Below, in pieces: positions 38,031 through 48,138 of a stretch of 64,000 nucleotides of DNA. Source of the stretch: a virus (taxonomy: Duplodnaviria > Caudoviricetes); IMG/VR virus record IMGVR_UViG_2593339203_000002, positions 32,745 through 96,744 of that record; one strand, written 5' to 3'. Position 1 is the first letter of the stretch. Each line of letters starts with the position of its first letter. Below the pieces are notes generated by a model that was not told the origin of the DNA, did no database searches, and saw only the letters and a list, made by a program, of their open reading frames with translations. A program made the position numbers and the translations under genes.

Positions 38031-38848
38031 GCCTCCAGGTAGGGCCGTGCGATCCCTGGCCCACGCGCCTGTGCTGTGACGTGGAGGACCGGGACCCGGA
38101 GGACGTGGAGCACTGGACACGGGTCGCCTCCACGATCCTCTGGTACCTCTCCGGGATGCGGTGGGGGCCGTGCCCGGTGACCGTGAGGCCGTGCTCCCGC
38201 TCGTGCTTGGACACGGCCGGCCCTATCTCCTTCCAGGCCGTCTCCGGGGCGTCCGTGGGCGGGTGGGTGCCGTACATCGACTCCTTCGGCGTGTGGCGTA
38301 ACGCGTCGCTGTGCGGCTGTAAGAGCTCCTGCTCCTGCGGAGAGCTCTCCGAGCTCTACCTTCCCGGCCCCGTCTATGACGTCCTGGAGGTCAACGACGG
38401 CGGGACCATCCTCACGCCGGGGCTGGAGTACCGGGTGGACGCCCCGGGCAAGCTGGTCCGCCTCGGCGGCCAGCAGTGGCCGAAGTGCCAGGAGATGGCC
38501 GAGCCGGAAGGCGCGCCCGGCACCCTCACCGTCACCTACCGGTGGGGCCTACCCCTGGAGGCCGCCGCGATCGCCGCGGTGTCGGAGTTGGTGTGCCACC
38601 TCCTCAAGGGGTGTGGCCCGGGCGCCGGCGGATGCGGCTGCAAGGCGAACCCCCGCGTGACCCGGACGACGCGCCAGGGCGTGGAGATCGAGCGCCAGGA
38701 CGTCACGCTGCTCTACGCGGAAGGCCTCACCGGCCTCTCCACCACGGACATGTGGCTCAAGGCCGTGAATCCCTACGGCCTGCGTTCCCCGGGCCGTGTC
38801 CATAGCCCGGACTTCAAGCGCCCGCGCGTCACCACCTGGCCCCCGTAG
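38027..38848 (+). CDS. Head-tail adaptor/connector protein, Cys-rich
   Basis: AS.ILW.LSG, TRQGV...TGL...D.W...VNP; GTGA overlap. Confidence 0.7.
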   Translation: MSLQVGPCDPWPTRLCCDVEDRDPEDVEHWTRVASTILWYLSGMRWGPCPVTVRPCSRSCLDTAGPISFQAVSGASVGGWVPYIDSFGVWRNASLCGCKSSCSCGELSELYLPGPVYDVLEVNDGGTILTPGLEYRVDAPGKLVRLGGQQWPKCQEMAEPEGAPGTLTVTYRWGLPLEAAAIAAVSELVCHLLKGCGPGAGGCGCKANPRVTRTTRQGVEIERQDVTLLYAEGLTGLSTTDMWLKAVNPYGLRSPGRVHSPDFKRPRVTTWPP

Positions 38849-38857
38849 GAGACCCGC

Positions 38858-39457
38858 ATGCCCTTGAAGCCGTTCAGTGTCCATGACCTGGCGGAGGCCG
38901 TCCTCGGCTGCGTGTGTGCGGCCCTGGACGCGGTGGCCGAGGAGGTCCCCGGGCAGCCCGGGTGCCCGTGCCGGGCGTGTGTCGTCCCCGGCGTGGTGGC
39001 GTGGGACGGGTGCGGCCCCGACGACTGCACCGACGGCGGGGAACCCGGGCAGCTCACCGTGTCCGTGGCACGGATCTACCCCGCCAGTCATGCCTTCCCG
39101 GCGGAGGACCGGAGCGTCCAGGGTGTCCGCGGCTGCACCCCGCCCCCGCTCACTGCCGTGGAGCTCATCGTCACCCTCCTGCGGTGCGCGCCGATCCCGG
39201 ACGAGGAGGGGTGTCCGCCCACGTGTGAGGAGCAGGCGGAGGCCGCGCGGGTCCTTCACGTGGACGCCTCCACCGTCTACTCCGCGCTCTGGTGCTGCCT
39301 TCCCGGTATCGGCCCCAACCCGCGCAAGCCACGCCGGTTCATGATCGGCGCGCAACGGATGATCGGGCCGGAAGGCGGTTGCGTGGGCGTGGAGCAACGC
39401 GTCACCGTGGCCCTGCCCGGCTGCGGGCCCTGCCCCGGGGAGGACGGCACGTCATGA
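38858..39457 (+). CDS. Putative tail terminator/neck protein, Cys-rich
   Basis: AGGAG SD; GPEGGCVG; 16 Cys in 199 aa. Confidence 0.6.
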   Translation: MPLKPFSVHDLAEAVLGCVCAALDAVAEEVPGQPGCPCRACVVPGVVAWDGCGPDDCTDGGEPGQLTVSVARIYPASHAFPAEDRSVQGVRGCTPPPLTAVELIVTLLRCAPIPDEEGCPPTCEEQAEAARVLHVDASTVYSALWCCLPGIGPNPRKPRRFMIGAQRMIGPEGGCVGVEQRVTVALPGCGPCPGEDGTS

Positions 39458-39831
39458 GCGTTCAAGTGCGGGTGAACCCTGGTGCCCTGGCCCGGCTCCT
39501 CCGGCTCCGCAACGGGCCCGTGGAGCGGCGCCTCCGTGAGAAGACACGGAAGGTCGCCGGCATCGCAGCCCGGGAGGCTCCGGGCTCGATGGGGGATTAC
39601 GTGGACTGGGACGTGGTGGAGAGCCGGCGCGGCCTCCAAGGCGTCATCACGTGCGACCACCCGGCCGTCCGCTTTGTCCTGGACGGCACGCCCCCGCACC
39701 TCATCCGGCCGCGTCGCCGGACGTACCTCCGGTTCCAGGTCGGCGGCCGGGTCGTCTACACGAAACTCGTCCGCCACCCGGGCACGGATGCAAACAACTT
39801 CCTCGAACGCGCCCTACGCGCCGGCCGGTAG
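39454..39831 (+). CDS. HK97 gp10-like neck/tail completion protein
   Basis: FV.DGT.PH.IRP...LRF...V.HPGT..N.FL.RAL; ATGA overlap. Confidence 0.7.
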   Translation: MSVQVRVNPGALARLLRLRNGPVERRLREKTRKVAGIAAREAPGSMGDYVDWDVVESRRGLQGVITCDHPAVRFVLDGTPPHLIRPRRRTYLRFQVGGRVVYTKLVRHPGTDANNFLERALRAGR

Positions 39832-39985
39832 TTGACCCCCGCCCGGGCCTCGTGCCAGCCTGCCGGGAGCTGATCAGTGCAGCGGCGGAGGCCGCTCCCC
39901 TTTACCCCGGCCTGGCCGGGGGCCCCTCATGCCGGGAGGGCGGGGAGCGGCCTCCGTGTCGTCTCACGCCCCGCCCGGGCCCGGC

Positions 39986-40029
39986 TACCCTCTGCCCCTG
40001 GACGCGTTCACTGCTGGTTGTGGGCCGGG
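39986..40029 (+). promoter_or_regulatory. -10-like TACCCT plus 17-nt leader element
   Basis: GCTGGTTGTGGGCCGGG 40013-40029, 33 nt before GTG 40063. Confidence 0.7.
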
Positions 40030-40062
40030 TGACGGCGCGTCGGAGGCATGAGGGGCGAGCCC

Positions 40063-40605
40063 GTGAGGAAGTCATTCGCGCTCAACACCGAGCCGCACGT
40101 CGCGGAGATCGGGGCGGAGCTGGAGCTCCAGTTCCAGGCGGAAGTCATGGGGGACGAGTACCTGGACGCGTACGCGGAGTTCCGCGAGGCGCAGCAGTCG
40201 GAGAGCGGCGTGGACGTCGATGAGCTCCAGTCGGGGGACGTGGAACAGCTCCGGAAGGTCACCGGCGGCCTCCGTATCTTCCTCGCCCGCCTGGCCGTCC
40301 CGGAGTCGGCGGTGCTCCTGACCCGCGTGGACGTCGTCAAGGGCGGCGAGGTGCTGGAGTCCTTCCAGTCGTGGGGTGAGGCCGCGGCGTACGCCGACGG
40401 CATCGACGGTGCCAAACCGCAGTGGGGCCTTCGCCTCCCGGAGCGCGTCCTCCTCCAACTCCTGGAGTGGACCGTGGAGCTCTACGCCGGAGGCAAGCGC
40501 CCTCCTACGTCGCCTGGCGCCTCTGCAAGGCCCTCACCGAAGGCTGGGAAGCGTTCGACGGGAACCTCGCGCTCAAAGGGGTCGACCCGCACGGCTGGAC
40601 GCTGA
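40063..40605 (+). CDS. Tail assembly chaperone (gpG-like; alternative start 40048)
   Basis: Position before tape measure; overlapping -1 frame ORF; RPPT followed by S/T/R-rich tail. Confidence 0.75.
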   Translation: MRKSFALNTEPHVAEIGAELELQFQAEVMGDEYLDAYAEFREAQQSESGVDVDELQSGDVEQLRKVTGGLRIFLARLAVPESAVLLTRVDVVKGGEVLESFQSWGEAAAYADGIDGAKPQWGLRLPERVLLQLLEWTVELYAGGKRPPTSPGASARPSPKAGKRSTGTSRSKGSTRTAGR

Positions 40606-40943
40606 GACGGCTCCTCAACGCGGCGGAGGCGTACATCTACTCCCACGCGGAGGACGAGGCCGCCCTCGAACGGGTCCGGCTGGAGCTGTGGGCCGAGCCC
40701 GGCGCGAAGGCCGGCGGCCGACGGATCGGCGCCACCAGACCAGCGCGGCCCGCGCCCGCGGAGGCCGCCGAGGACCAGGACCAGGAGGCGGCGGCGCCGC
40801 CCACCGCCGGGGCCGGGCCGCCCCCCGAACCGCCGCGCGCTACGCCGCCGGAGGGCGGGGGCGGGATGAGACGGTCCGCGGCGATGGCGCTCATGGCGCA
40901 GGTAGCGGCCGAGGACGCCCGGTTCTCCGGGCCGCGTGGCTGA
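40500..40943 (+). CDS. C-terminal (T) segment of frameshifted tail chaperone gpGT
   Basis: -1 frame becomes protein-like from about 40500 (VAWRLC...FDGNLALKGVDP); no obvious start of its own. Confidence 0.65.
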   Translation, partial: PSYVAWRLCKALTEGWEAFDGNLALKGVDPHGWTLRRLLNAAEAYIYSHAEDEAALERVRLELWAEPGAKAGGRRIGATRPARPAPAEAAEDQDQEAAAPPTAGAGPPPEPPRATPPEGGGGMRRSAAMALMAQVAAEDARFSGPRG

Positions 40944-41000
40944 CGTGACCAGCGGCTAACCTGGGGACGTCCGGCCCCCCTTGTGCGCGGCCGGCGCGCC

Positions 41001-41017
41001 GCTGGTTTTGGGCCGGG
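41001..41017 (+). promoter_or_regulatory. 17-nt leader element before tape measure gene
   Basis: GCTGGTTTTGGGCCGGG, 29 nt before GTG 41047; TAACCT 38 nt upstream. Confidence 0.75.
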
Positions 41018-41046
41018 CAACCACACACGACACGTGAGGTTGCCCG

Positions 41047-44000
41047 GTGGCCGGCGATGAGATCGACTACGGCAGCGCCCGCATCACGATCGACCTGGAC
41101 GACACGGACGCGGAGCGTCAGGCGTCCAGCATCGGCGCCGACATCGAACGGGCGTTGACCAGGGCCACCCGGAACATCGGCCGGACCGTCTCCCGCAACC
41201 TCCAGCGGAGCCTTCGCCGTCTCTCCATCGGCGCGCGCGTGGAGCCGGACCTCAGCCGGTTCGAGCGGACTCTACGCCGCAGCATCCGCGGGATGGCGCC
41301 CGTGGCCGTCCCGGTCACCGCGGACCTCCGGCAGTTCCAGCGCGGCATCCGACGGGGCGGCGGTGACGCCGTCTCCGTCCCCGTCTCCCCGGACCTACGC
41401 CGCTTCGCCCGGGACCTCCGCCGAGGCCTGCGCGGCATTCAGGCGGAGGTCCAGGTCCGGGCCGACGCACGGGCCCTGATCCGGGATATCGAGCGGGAGC
41501 TGCGCCGGGTCTCCCCGCCGGCCATCAGGATCCCGGCGGAGGTGGACCTCTCCCGACTCCGGTCCGAGCTCGCCAGCCTGGACGTCCCCCGGATTCACGT
41601 ACAGGTGTCCCTGGACGTCGCGCGGGTGGAGGCGGAGCTCCGGGATCTGGCCTCCCGCACGATCACCATTCCCGTCACGCTCGGGGAGCCCGGCGGCGGT
41701 GATCCCGGGGGCGGGCTCCTGGACGCTCTGCGCGGCTCGTTGAGCGGGGCCGGGGGGATCGGTCTCGGCGCGGGCGCCGCCGCGTTGGGCGGTATCCGTG
41801 CCGGGCTCCTGGCCGCCGGGCCGTGGGGCGCGATCGCTGCCGGCGTCGCCGCGTACGCCGCGGCGATCGGCAAGGTGCTCATGACCGGCATTGAGGGGGT
41901 CATCGAGCACCAGCAGATCGCCGGGGCCCTCCGCGCCGCGCTCGGCCTCGGCGAGGCCGCCGCGAACCAGGTCGGCCGGGTCGTCGGGCAGCTCTACGCC
42001 CGCGGCGTGGTGGAGTCCGTGGAGGAGGGCACCGCCGCGGTGCAGGCGGCCCTCCGTAACGGCCTGGCCGCCCCGGACGACCTCCCGGGGCTGGAGTCGA
42101 TCTCCACGAAGGTGTCCGACCTCGGGCGCCTCATGGAGGAGGACATCGGCAAGGTGGCCCGCGCCATCGGGACGATGGTGAAGACGGGCCTGGTCGACAA
42201 CGCCACGGAGGGCCTGGACCTCCTGACGCGGTCCGTCCAGCAGGGCGGGAACGTCGCGGAGGACCTGCTCGACACCTTCACGGAGTACCCCACTCAGTTC
42301 CGGCAGTTGGGGCTTTCCGCGGAGGAGGCGTTCGGCCTCATCCAGCAGGGCCTACGCGGTGGCGCCCGGGACTCGGACGTGATCGCGGACGCGCTCAAAG
42401 AGTTCTCGATCGAGGCCGCGCAGGGCGGTAAGCGGGTGGTCGACGCCTTCAAGGCGATGCACCTGGACGCCGAGCGGCTGACGGACCAGTTCGCGAAGGG
42501 CGGCCCGGAGGCCCGGTCCGCGCTGGCCGAGATCTTCGACGAGCTCCAGAAGATCGAGGACCCGCTAGAGCGGAACCAGGCCGCCGTCGGGTTGTTCGGT
42601 ACCAAAGCGGAGGACCTGGCGGGGGCCCTCGCCAGCCTGGACCTGACGAACGCGGCGAAGGAGCTGGACGGCTTCGGCGGCGCCGCCGGCCGGGCTGGTG
42701 ACGCCCTCCGGGACGACCTGGGGACGAAGCTCCAGACGATCGGCCGGGAGATCAAACAGGCCTTTCAGGGCCTCTTTACCGGGGACTTTTCCCAGTTCGC
42801 GGACGTCGGCCGGGCTATCGAGGACGCCCTACCGGACCTCAAGGCCACCGGCGCGCACATCGCCGAGTCCATCCAGCAGGGCATTACGGAGTACGGCCCG
42901 AAGGTGTTCGCGGCCCTCTTCGATCTCGCCTTCGAGATCGGGGAGCGGGTGGACATCTGGGGCCCGCTCCTCCTCAAGATCATCGCTGGTGCGTCGGCGC
43001 TCCCGGCCGTCATCGGATCCCTGATCCTCACCGCTATCGCCGGCGGGCTCGCCGGGATCGGCTCCAAGCTCCTCCCGTACCTGGAGACGGCTTGGGACGC
43101 CGTGGCCTCGTTCATCACGGAGACCGTCCCCCAGGTTGGCGCGGACCTGGCGTCCGGCCTGGCCGACGTCTTCACCGGCGCGTTTGCCTCCGCGCGGGAC
43201 GCCGTCTCCTCCGGGATCGACACCGTGGTCGGGTTCTTCACCGGCCTGCCCGGCCGGATCGCGTCCGCCGCCTCCTCCCTGGGCGGACAGATCGGCGGAT
43301 TCTTCACGAGCGCTTTCGAGACCGGGAAGCAGGCGGTGAGCGACGGGACCACCGCGGTGGTCGACTTCTTCGTCCAGCTCCCCGGCCGCATCCTCGCGGG
43401 CCTGGCCGCGCTCCCCGGGCTCCTCCTGGACGCCTTCACCTCCGCCGTGGCGTACGTGGCCATCGGGCTCCTCACCGCGGTCGCAGGGATCGTCTTCGTC
43501 TTTACCGAGCTGCCAGGCCGGATCTGGAACGCCCTACTGGGTTTGGGAGCGCTGCTCCTGGCGGCCTTCCAGGCCGGTTGGTCGGCGGTGACGGCGTGGC
43601 TCGGCCAGGCGCTCACCTCCACCATCGCGTTCTTCGCCGCGCTCCCCGGGCGGGTGGGTGGCGCCCTGGCGTCCTTCGGCTCGTTCCTCCTCGGCGCCCT
43701 GGTGTCCGGGTTCAACTCCGCCCGGTCCCGGATCTCCGGGTGGATCTCGGAGGCCGTCGGGTTCTTCGCCGCGCTCCCCGGCCGGGTGGGTGGCGCCCTG
43801 TCGTCCTTCGGCTCGTTCCTGCTGCGGAACATCGTTGCCGGGTTCAACTCCGCCCGGTCCCGGATCTCCGGGTGGATCTCGGAGGCGGTCGGGTTCTTCC
43901 GGGCCCTCCCCGGCAAGATCGGCTCCGCACTCTCCGCGCTCCCCGGCCGTCTGGCGTCGGCGTTCTCCAGTGCGGCCAGCCGCGCCCGGTCCGCCGTCTC

Positions 44001-44418
44001 CAGCCTGATCAGCGGCATCGTGGGCCTCTTCCGCGGCCTACCCGGCAAGATCGTCTCGGCCGTCGGCAACATCGGCGGCCAGATCATGAGCAAGATCAAA
44101 TCCGGGCTCCCGTCCGCCGTGAAGAAATACCTCCCCTTCGCCAACGGCGGCGTGGTCCTCGGCCCGACCCACGCCCTGATCGGCGAGGCCGGCCCGGAGG
44201 TCGTCATTCCCCTGACACGGCCGAAGCGGGCGCGGCAGCTCGCGCAGGAGTCCGGGCTCCTGGACATCCTCGGCGGAGCCCGGCCACCGCGGCCCGGAGG
44301 CGGGGAGACGGCGGGCCGGACCGTGAACCAGTACGTGACCATCAACGAGGTTGGGGACGCGCGCACGACCGCGCACCGCGTCACGTCCCGCCTCGCCGTG
44401 GCGGGAGGCCTGCTCTAG
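41047..44418 (+). CDS. Tail tape measure protein
   Basis: 1123 aa, DLLDTF.EY..QF..LG, LFGTKAEDL, FF..LPGR repeats, FANGG..IGEAGPEVVIPL. Confidence 0.93.
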   Translation: MAGDEIDYGSARITIDLDDTDAERQASSIGADIERALTRATRNIGRTVSRNLQRSLRRLSIGARVEPDLSRFERTLRRSIRGMAPVAVPVTADLRQFQRGIRRGGGDAVSVPVSPDLRRFARDLRRGLRGIQAEVQVRADARALIRDIERELRRVSPPAIRIPAEVDLSRLRSELASLDVPRIHVQVSLDVARVEAELRDLASRTITIPVTLGEPGGGDPGGGLLDALRGSLSGAGGIGLGAGAAALGGIRAGLLAAGPWGAIAAGVAAYAAAIGKVLMTGIEGVIEHQQIAGALRAALGLGEAAANQVGRVVGQLYARGVVESVEEGTAAVQAALRNGLAAPDDLPGLESISTKVSDLGRLMEEDIGKVARAIGTMVKTGLVDNATEGLDLLTRSVQQGGNVAEDLLDTFTEYPTQFRQLGLSAEEAFGLIQQGLRGGARDSDVIADALKEFSIEAAQGGKRVVDAFKAMHLDAERLTDQFAKGGPEARSALAEIFDELQKIEDPLERNQAAVGLFGTKAEDLAGALASLDLTNAAKELDGFGGAAGRAGDALRDDLGTKLQTIGREIKQAFQGLFTGDFSQFADVGRAIEDALPDLKATGAHIAESIQQGITEYGPKVFAALFDLAFEIGERVDIWGPLLLKIIAGASALPAVIGSLILTAIAGGLAGIGSKLLPYLETAWDAVASFITETVPQVGADLASGLADVFTGAFASARDAVSSGIDTVVGFFTGLPGRIASAASSLGGQIGGFFTSAFETGKQAVSDGTTAVVDFFVQLPGRILAGLAALPGLLLDAFTSAVAYVAIGLLTAVAGIVFVFTELPGRIWNALLGLGALLLAAFQAGWSAVTAWLGQALTSTIAFFAALPGRVGGALASFGSFLLGALVSGFNSARSRISGWISEAVGFFAALPGRVGGALSSFGSFLLRNIVAGFNSARSRISGWISEAVGFFRALPGKIGSALSALPGRLASAFSSAASRARSAVSSLISGIVGLFRGLPGKIVSAVGNIGGQIMSKIKSGLPSAVKKYLPFANGGVVLGPTHALIGEAGPEVVIPLTRPKRARQLAQESGLLDILGGARPPRPGGGETAGRTVNQYVTINEVGDARTTAHRVTSRLAVAGGLL

Positions 44419-45734
44419 TGCTCGACTGGTACCTATCCCTGGGAGGCGTGGAGGTAGCCAACCACGCCCGCCTGGCGGCCTATCTGGAGACGGTGGGCTC
44501 CCCGCTGGACTCCGTGGAGGCCTGCCGGTGCGAGACGTTCACCGCGGAGATGGTGGGGGACCTCCCGTACACGACGCCGGCCGCGGATGCCGCGCCCTGG
44601 TACGACCCCTCCGTCCCCGAGTCCGCCGACTTCGCCGGGCTCCTGGTCCTGGATGTGGACGGCCTGGACGCGCACCCGGTGAAGCGGACCGTGACGACCG
44701 CGGTAACCGGCGGCGGTGCCCTCGGCCCGGCGCGGGTCCTCCCGCGCACCATCACGGTCACCGCGGTCCTCCTCGGCGCCTCCTGCTGCGCCACGGCGTA
44801 CGGCCTCCACTGGCTCGGGGAGGTCCTGACCGGATGCACCACCGGCGAGTGCGAAGGCGACTGCCTGACCCTCTTCAACTGCTGCCCCTCGGAGGACCTG
44901 ACGCCGGAGGAGTTCGCGGAACGGCACCGGCGGAGCATGCGGCGCGTGGGCCTGGTCGACGGGCCCACGGTCACCGCCCGGCACGGCAACGGGTGCGGGC
45001 GCGGTGCGTGCTCCGCGGGCGGGGAGATCCTGACCGTGGAGTTCATCCTCTCGGCCAACACCCCCTGGCTCTACACGGACACGGTCCCCGTGCTCGAGGT
45101 GGCTCCTCCGCTGGACCCGTCCACGGAGTGCGTCACCTGGTGCCTCCACGGCGGCGGGGACCAGGAGGGGTGTGACGGGGAGTGCCGTCTCTCCCCGTGC
45201 CCGGACCCCACGGCGGCGTGCGGTGACCCGCTCTGCCGCCCGCCGGCGCCGCCCGTGCCGAACATGCCGGACACGTGCTACTGCATGCCGCTCGCCGCGG
45301 AGCGCGAGTGCTACGACGTGGACCTCACCGACCGCCCGGGCTGGTCCGTGGACGTCCCCATGATCACCGTGCGGGCCGAGGACAAGGAGATCCGGAACCT
45401 CACCCTGACGTTCTACGAGCGGACGCCCGGGGATGAGGACCTGACGTGTGAGGAGATGGCCGAGCTCCAGCGCTGCAACCCCCACTCCGTCTACCACGTG
45501 CGCTACCTCCCGGCCGGCGGTGCGCTCACCCTCGACGGGCAGATCGGCCGGGCCACCGTGGAGTGCGGCGGCGTGTGTGAGTCCAGTTCGGACGTGTACG
45601 GCCGGGACGGCCTCCCGGTCTCCTTCAAGCCGTTGTCCTGCGCGACGTACTGCCTGTGCGTGGAGACGGACGTGGCCAACCCGCCGTCACCGAACGCCGT
45701 GATCAGCGTGGGCGTGTCCGGACGGGGGTACTGA
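44418..45734 (+). CDS. Distal tail/minor tail protein, very Cys-rich
   Basis: Follows tape measure with TAGTG overlap; APWYDP..PES.DF.G. Confidence 0.75.
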   Translation: MLDWYLSLGGVEVANHARLAAYLETVGSPLDSVEACRCETFTAEMVGDLPYTTPAADAAPWYDPSVPESADFAGLLVLDVDGLDAHPVKRTVTTAVTGGGALGPARVLPRTITVTAVLLGASCCATAYGLHWLGEVLTGCTTGECEGDCLTLFNCCPSEDLTPEEFAERHRRSMRRVGLVDGPTVTARHGNGCGRGACSAGGEILTVEFILSANTPWLYTDTVPVLEVAPPLDPSTECVTWCLHGGGDQEGCDGECRLSPCPDPTAACGDPLCRPPAPPVPNMPDTCYCMPLAAERECYDVDLTDRPGWSVDVPMITVRAEDKEIRNLTLTFYERTPGDEDLTCEEMAELQRCNPHSVYHVRYLPAGGALTLDGQIGRATVECGGVCESSSDVYGRDGLPVSFKPLSCATYCLCVETDVANPPSPNAVISVGVSGRGY

Positions 45735-45736
45735 CG

Positions 45737-46774
45737 ATGGCTCAAGCGGGCTGCGGCACGCACCAGGCGCGCATCGTGGACCGGAGCGGCGCCACCATCG
45801 CGGAGGCCGACGTCCTCACGGAGGTGGAGTGGACGAGGGAGCTGGACGAGTTCTCCAGCGCCCGCGTGCTCATCCGTCCCTCCGGTGACTGCTGCAACCG
45901 CCTGGAGCGCGTGGAGCCCTGGCGCCACGAGCTCCACGTGTTCCGGGACGGACAGCCTGTGTGGAACGGGCCCGTCATCCAACCCGAGTGGCGCGCCGGA
46001 CAGATCGAGATCTTCGCCGCGGACATCCTGGCGTGGCTGGACCGCCGTGTCCCGCACCGGTCCCAGACCTTCGGGGACTCCGACCTCACGGACATCGCCA
46101 CGTGGTTGATTGAGGACGGGTTCGAGCCGGACGACCCCGGCCATGAGCTCTACGTCGTGGCCCCGTCCCGGGTGACCGGCGGCCGGGCCTACACGGTGAA
46201 CGTGGGGCAGACCGGGGACCACCTCCGGGACCTGGCGGAGACCGGCCTCGACTACACCGCGGTGGGCCGCACGGTCATCCTCCTGCCCGAGGACTACACG
46301 GGGAGCGTCGGCCGGCTGACGGACGCGGACTTCCCGGAGGAGCTGGTGGTGGGCCAGGACGGCTCCAACCTCATCACCCGGTGGGTCGTGGCGGGGGATG
46401 AGGACTCCGGCGTGATGGGGGAGGCCGGGGGCGTGGACCCGTATTACGGGCTCCTGGAGCGGTACGAGGAGCAGACGTCTATCAAGACGGCCGGCTCCGC
46501 CATCGCGGCCGCCCGGGCGAAGCTCCGCGCGTCGCTACCGGCGCCGGTGTTCGTGGACACGCAGCAAGTGACGATTTCGCCGGACGCCGCGGTGGACGTG
46601 GCGAAGCTGGTGCCGGGCTGGTGCCTGGACGTCACCACGGAGGCCACGTGCCGGGTGGTCACGCAGCGGATGAAGATCGTGGGGCTCAAGGTCTCCGAGG
46701 ACGGCGGTACGGACAGCAGCCCCGGGCAGGAGAGCGTGCAAGTGCAGTTGGCGGCGACCGGGGCGGAGGCATAG
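45737..46774 (+). CDS. Minor tail protein (baseplate hub/Tal-like)
   Basis: WTRELD..S.A, V.NGPV, LVPG; position. Confidence 0.7.
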   Translation: MAQAGCGTHQARIVDRSGATIAEADVLTEVEWTRELDEFSSARVLIRPSGDCCNRLERVEPWRHELHVFRDGQPVWNGPVIQPEWRAGQIEIFAADILAWLDRRVPHRSQTFGDSDLTDIATWLIEDGFEPDDPGHELYVVAPSRVTGGRAYTVNVGQTGDHLRDLAETGLDYTAVGRTVILLPEDYTGSVGRLTDADFPEELVVGQDGSNLITRWVVAGDEDSGVMGEAGGVDPYYGLLERYEEQTSIKTAGSAIAAARAKLRASLPAPVFVDTQQVTISPDAAVDVAKLVPGWCLDVTTEATCRVVTQRMKIVGLKVSEDGGTDSSPGQESVQVQLAATGAEA

Positions 46775-47248
46775 GTGGCGAGGCGTGGAGGACCGACCAG
46801 GCTCCTGACCGGCAATCCCCTCGGGGGGATGCTCCGGGACCTGGACCGGCGGTCGAGGAGCACCACCAGGAGGAGCGGGACCTCCCGCCCCGCCGACACG
46901 GAGCGGGAGCCGCGGGAAGGCCGTGTGACGCCCCTCCCGCCGCATCCCGGGCCGCCGGTGGCCGCCCGGCCCCGGACGGCCGTCGCGATCGCCGTGACGG
47001 GTGAGGACGGCCGCGCTCGCTGGACCTACCCCGTGCCGTTCACCCGGCCGCCGGTGCTCACCGCGCTCCCCGTCGACCCCGCCCCCGAGGACGAGCAGCG
47101 GACGGCCACCGTGGCCCTGGAGGAAGTCACGCCGACCCATGCGGTGGTGCGGGTGTGGAGGACCAGGGCGCGCCGGGGGAGCGGGGTGTCCTCCCCGGCA
47201 GGGGACGGCGTCACGGTTCACCTCGCGGCGTACGAGGCGGACGCGTAG
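46775..47248 (+). CDS. Tail-associated protein with H-type-lectin-like motif
   Basis: GGAGG SD; WTYPVPFTRPPV. Confidence 0.6.
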   Translation: MARRGGPTRLLTGNPLGGMLRDLDRRSRSTTRRSGTSRPADTEREPREGRVTPLPPHPGPPVAARPRTAVAIAVTGEDGRARWTYPVPFTRPPVLTALPVDPAPEDEQRTATVALEEVTPTHAVVRVWRTRARRGSGVSSPAGDGVTVHLAAYEADA

Positions 47249-47254
47249 CGCGGT

Positions 47255-47288
47255 TACCCTCTGGTCACGCCGCTGGTTGTGGGCCGGG
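47255..47288 (+). promoter_or_regulatory. -10-like TACCCT plus 17-nt leader element
   Basis: GCTGGTTGTGGGCCGGG 47272-47288, 31 nt before GTG. Confidence 0.75.
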
Positions 47289-47319
47289 CGCCCGTCCTCT
47301 CCCTTGAAGGGGCCAGACC

Positions 47320-48039
47320 GTGGCGTCCGTATGCGTGTGTGACGACTACTTCACCGTGACCGACACCGGGGAGCTCTGCCTCATCCCCGGCCGCCAGGGC
47401 CTCCGCCAGGTCCTGAAGTTCAGCGAGCCCGGCACCTTCCAGTTCCGGAAGGCTGACTATCCCTGGCTCGCGCGGGTGCTGGTCCGCGTCCAGGCGGCGG
47501 GCGGTGGCGCGGCGGGAGCGTCGGCGGGGAATGACCTCCTGGCGTGCCAGCCCGGAGGGGCGGGCGGCGGCTACTCGGAATCCCTCCTCGCCGTGTCCGC
47601 GCTCGGCCCTGTGGAGACCGTGATCGTGGGCGAGGGCGGAGAAGCCGGCGGCTCCACCACGGACGGCGGCAACGGCGGAGGCTCTAGCTTCGGGGGCCTG
47701 GTGACCGCGAACGGCGGCGGAGGAGGCTCGGCCGTCATGACGGCCGGGAGCACACCGATCTGCTACTCCGGCACGGCCGGCCCGCTCGCTGGATCGGGAC
47801 AGACGGCCATGGGCGGTGGAGCGGGCGGCGGCGCAATCCGGATCAGCGGCACTCAAGGCCTGGCCGGTTCCGGCGGCGAGTCGCACATGGGACACGGCGG
47901 GTTCCAGCGGGCCTCCACCGGCGGTGGTGGCGCTCCCCGTGGGTACGGCGGCGGCGCGGCCGGCGGCATGGCGCGCGGCGGAACCGTGGACGGCACGAAG
48001 GGCCAGGACGGAGCCGTGTGGGTGGAGCTCTACGGCTGA
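47320..48039 (+). CDS. Glycine-rich tail protein (paralogous to C-terminus of 28597 protein)
   Basis: VRVQAAGGG..GGAGGGYSES..GGGSSFG.LVTANGG. Confidence 0.75.
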   Translation: MASVCVCDDYFTVTDTGELCLIPGRQGLRQVLKFSEPGTFQFRKADYPWLARVLVRVQAAGGGAAGASAGNDLLACQPGGAGGGYSESLLAVSALGPVETVIVGEGGEAGGSTTDGGNGGGSSFGGLVTANGGGGGSAVMTAGSTPICYSGTAGPLAGSGQTAMGGGAGGGAIRISGTQGLAGSGGESHMGHGGFQRASTGGGGAPRGYGGGAAGGMARGGTVDGTKGQDGAVWVELYG

Positions 48040-48072
48040 CCGCAGCCCGGCCGCCGGCGGGCCGTCCGTCGC

Positions 48073-48107
48073 TAGACTCGACGGGACGCCGCTGGTTGTG
48101 GGCCGGG
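48073..48107 (+). promoter_or_regulatory. -10 TAGACT plus 17-nt leader element
   Basis: GCTGGTTGTGGGCCGGG 48091-48107, 31 nt before TTG. Confidence 0.75.
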
Positions 48108-48138
48108 CCGAGGACTTACCCCGTGAGGACGGTGTCCC

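Noticed and set aside
43630-43915. 132-bp tandem repeat in the tape measure gene
   Set aside because: Ordinary 44-aa tape measure periodicity.
43092-44417. 880-aa ORF starting inside the tape measure gene
   Set aside because: Upstream part is an off-frame read; the real gene begins at GTG 44418 after a GGAGG SD.
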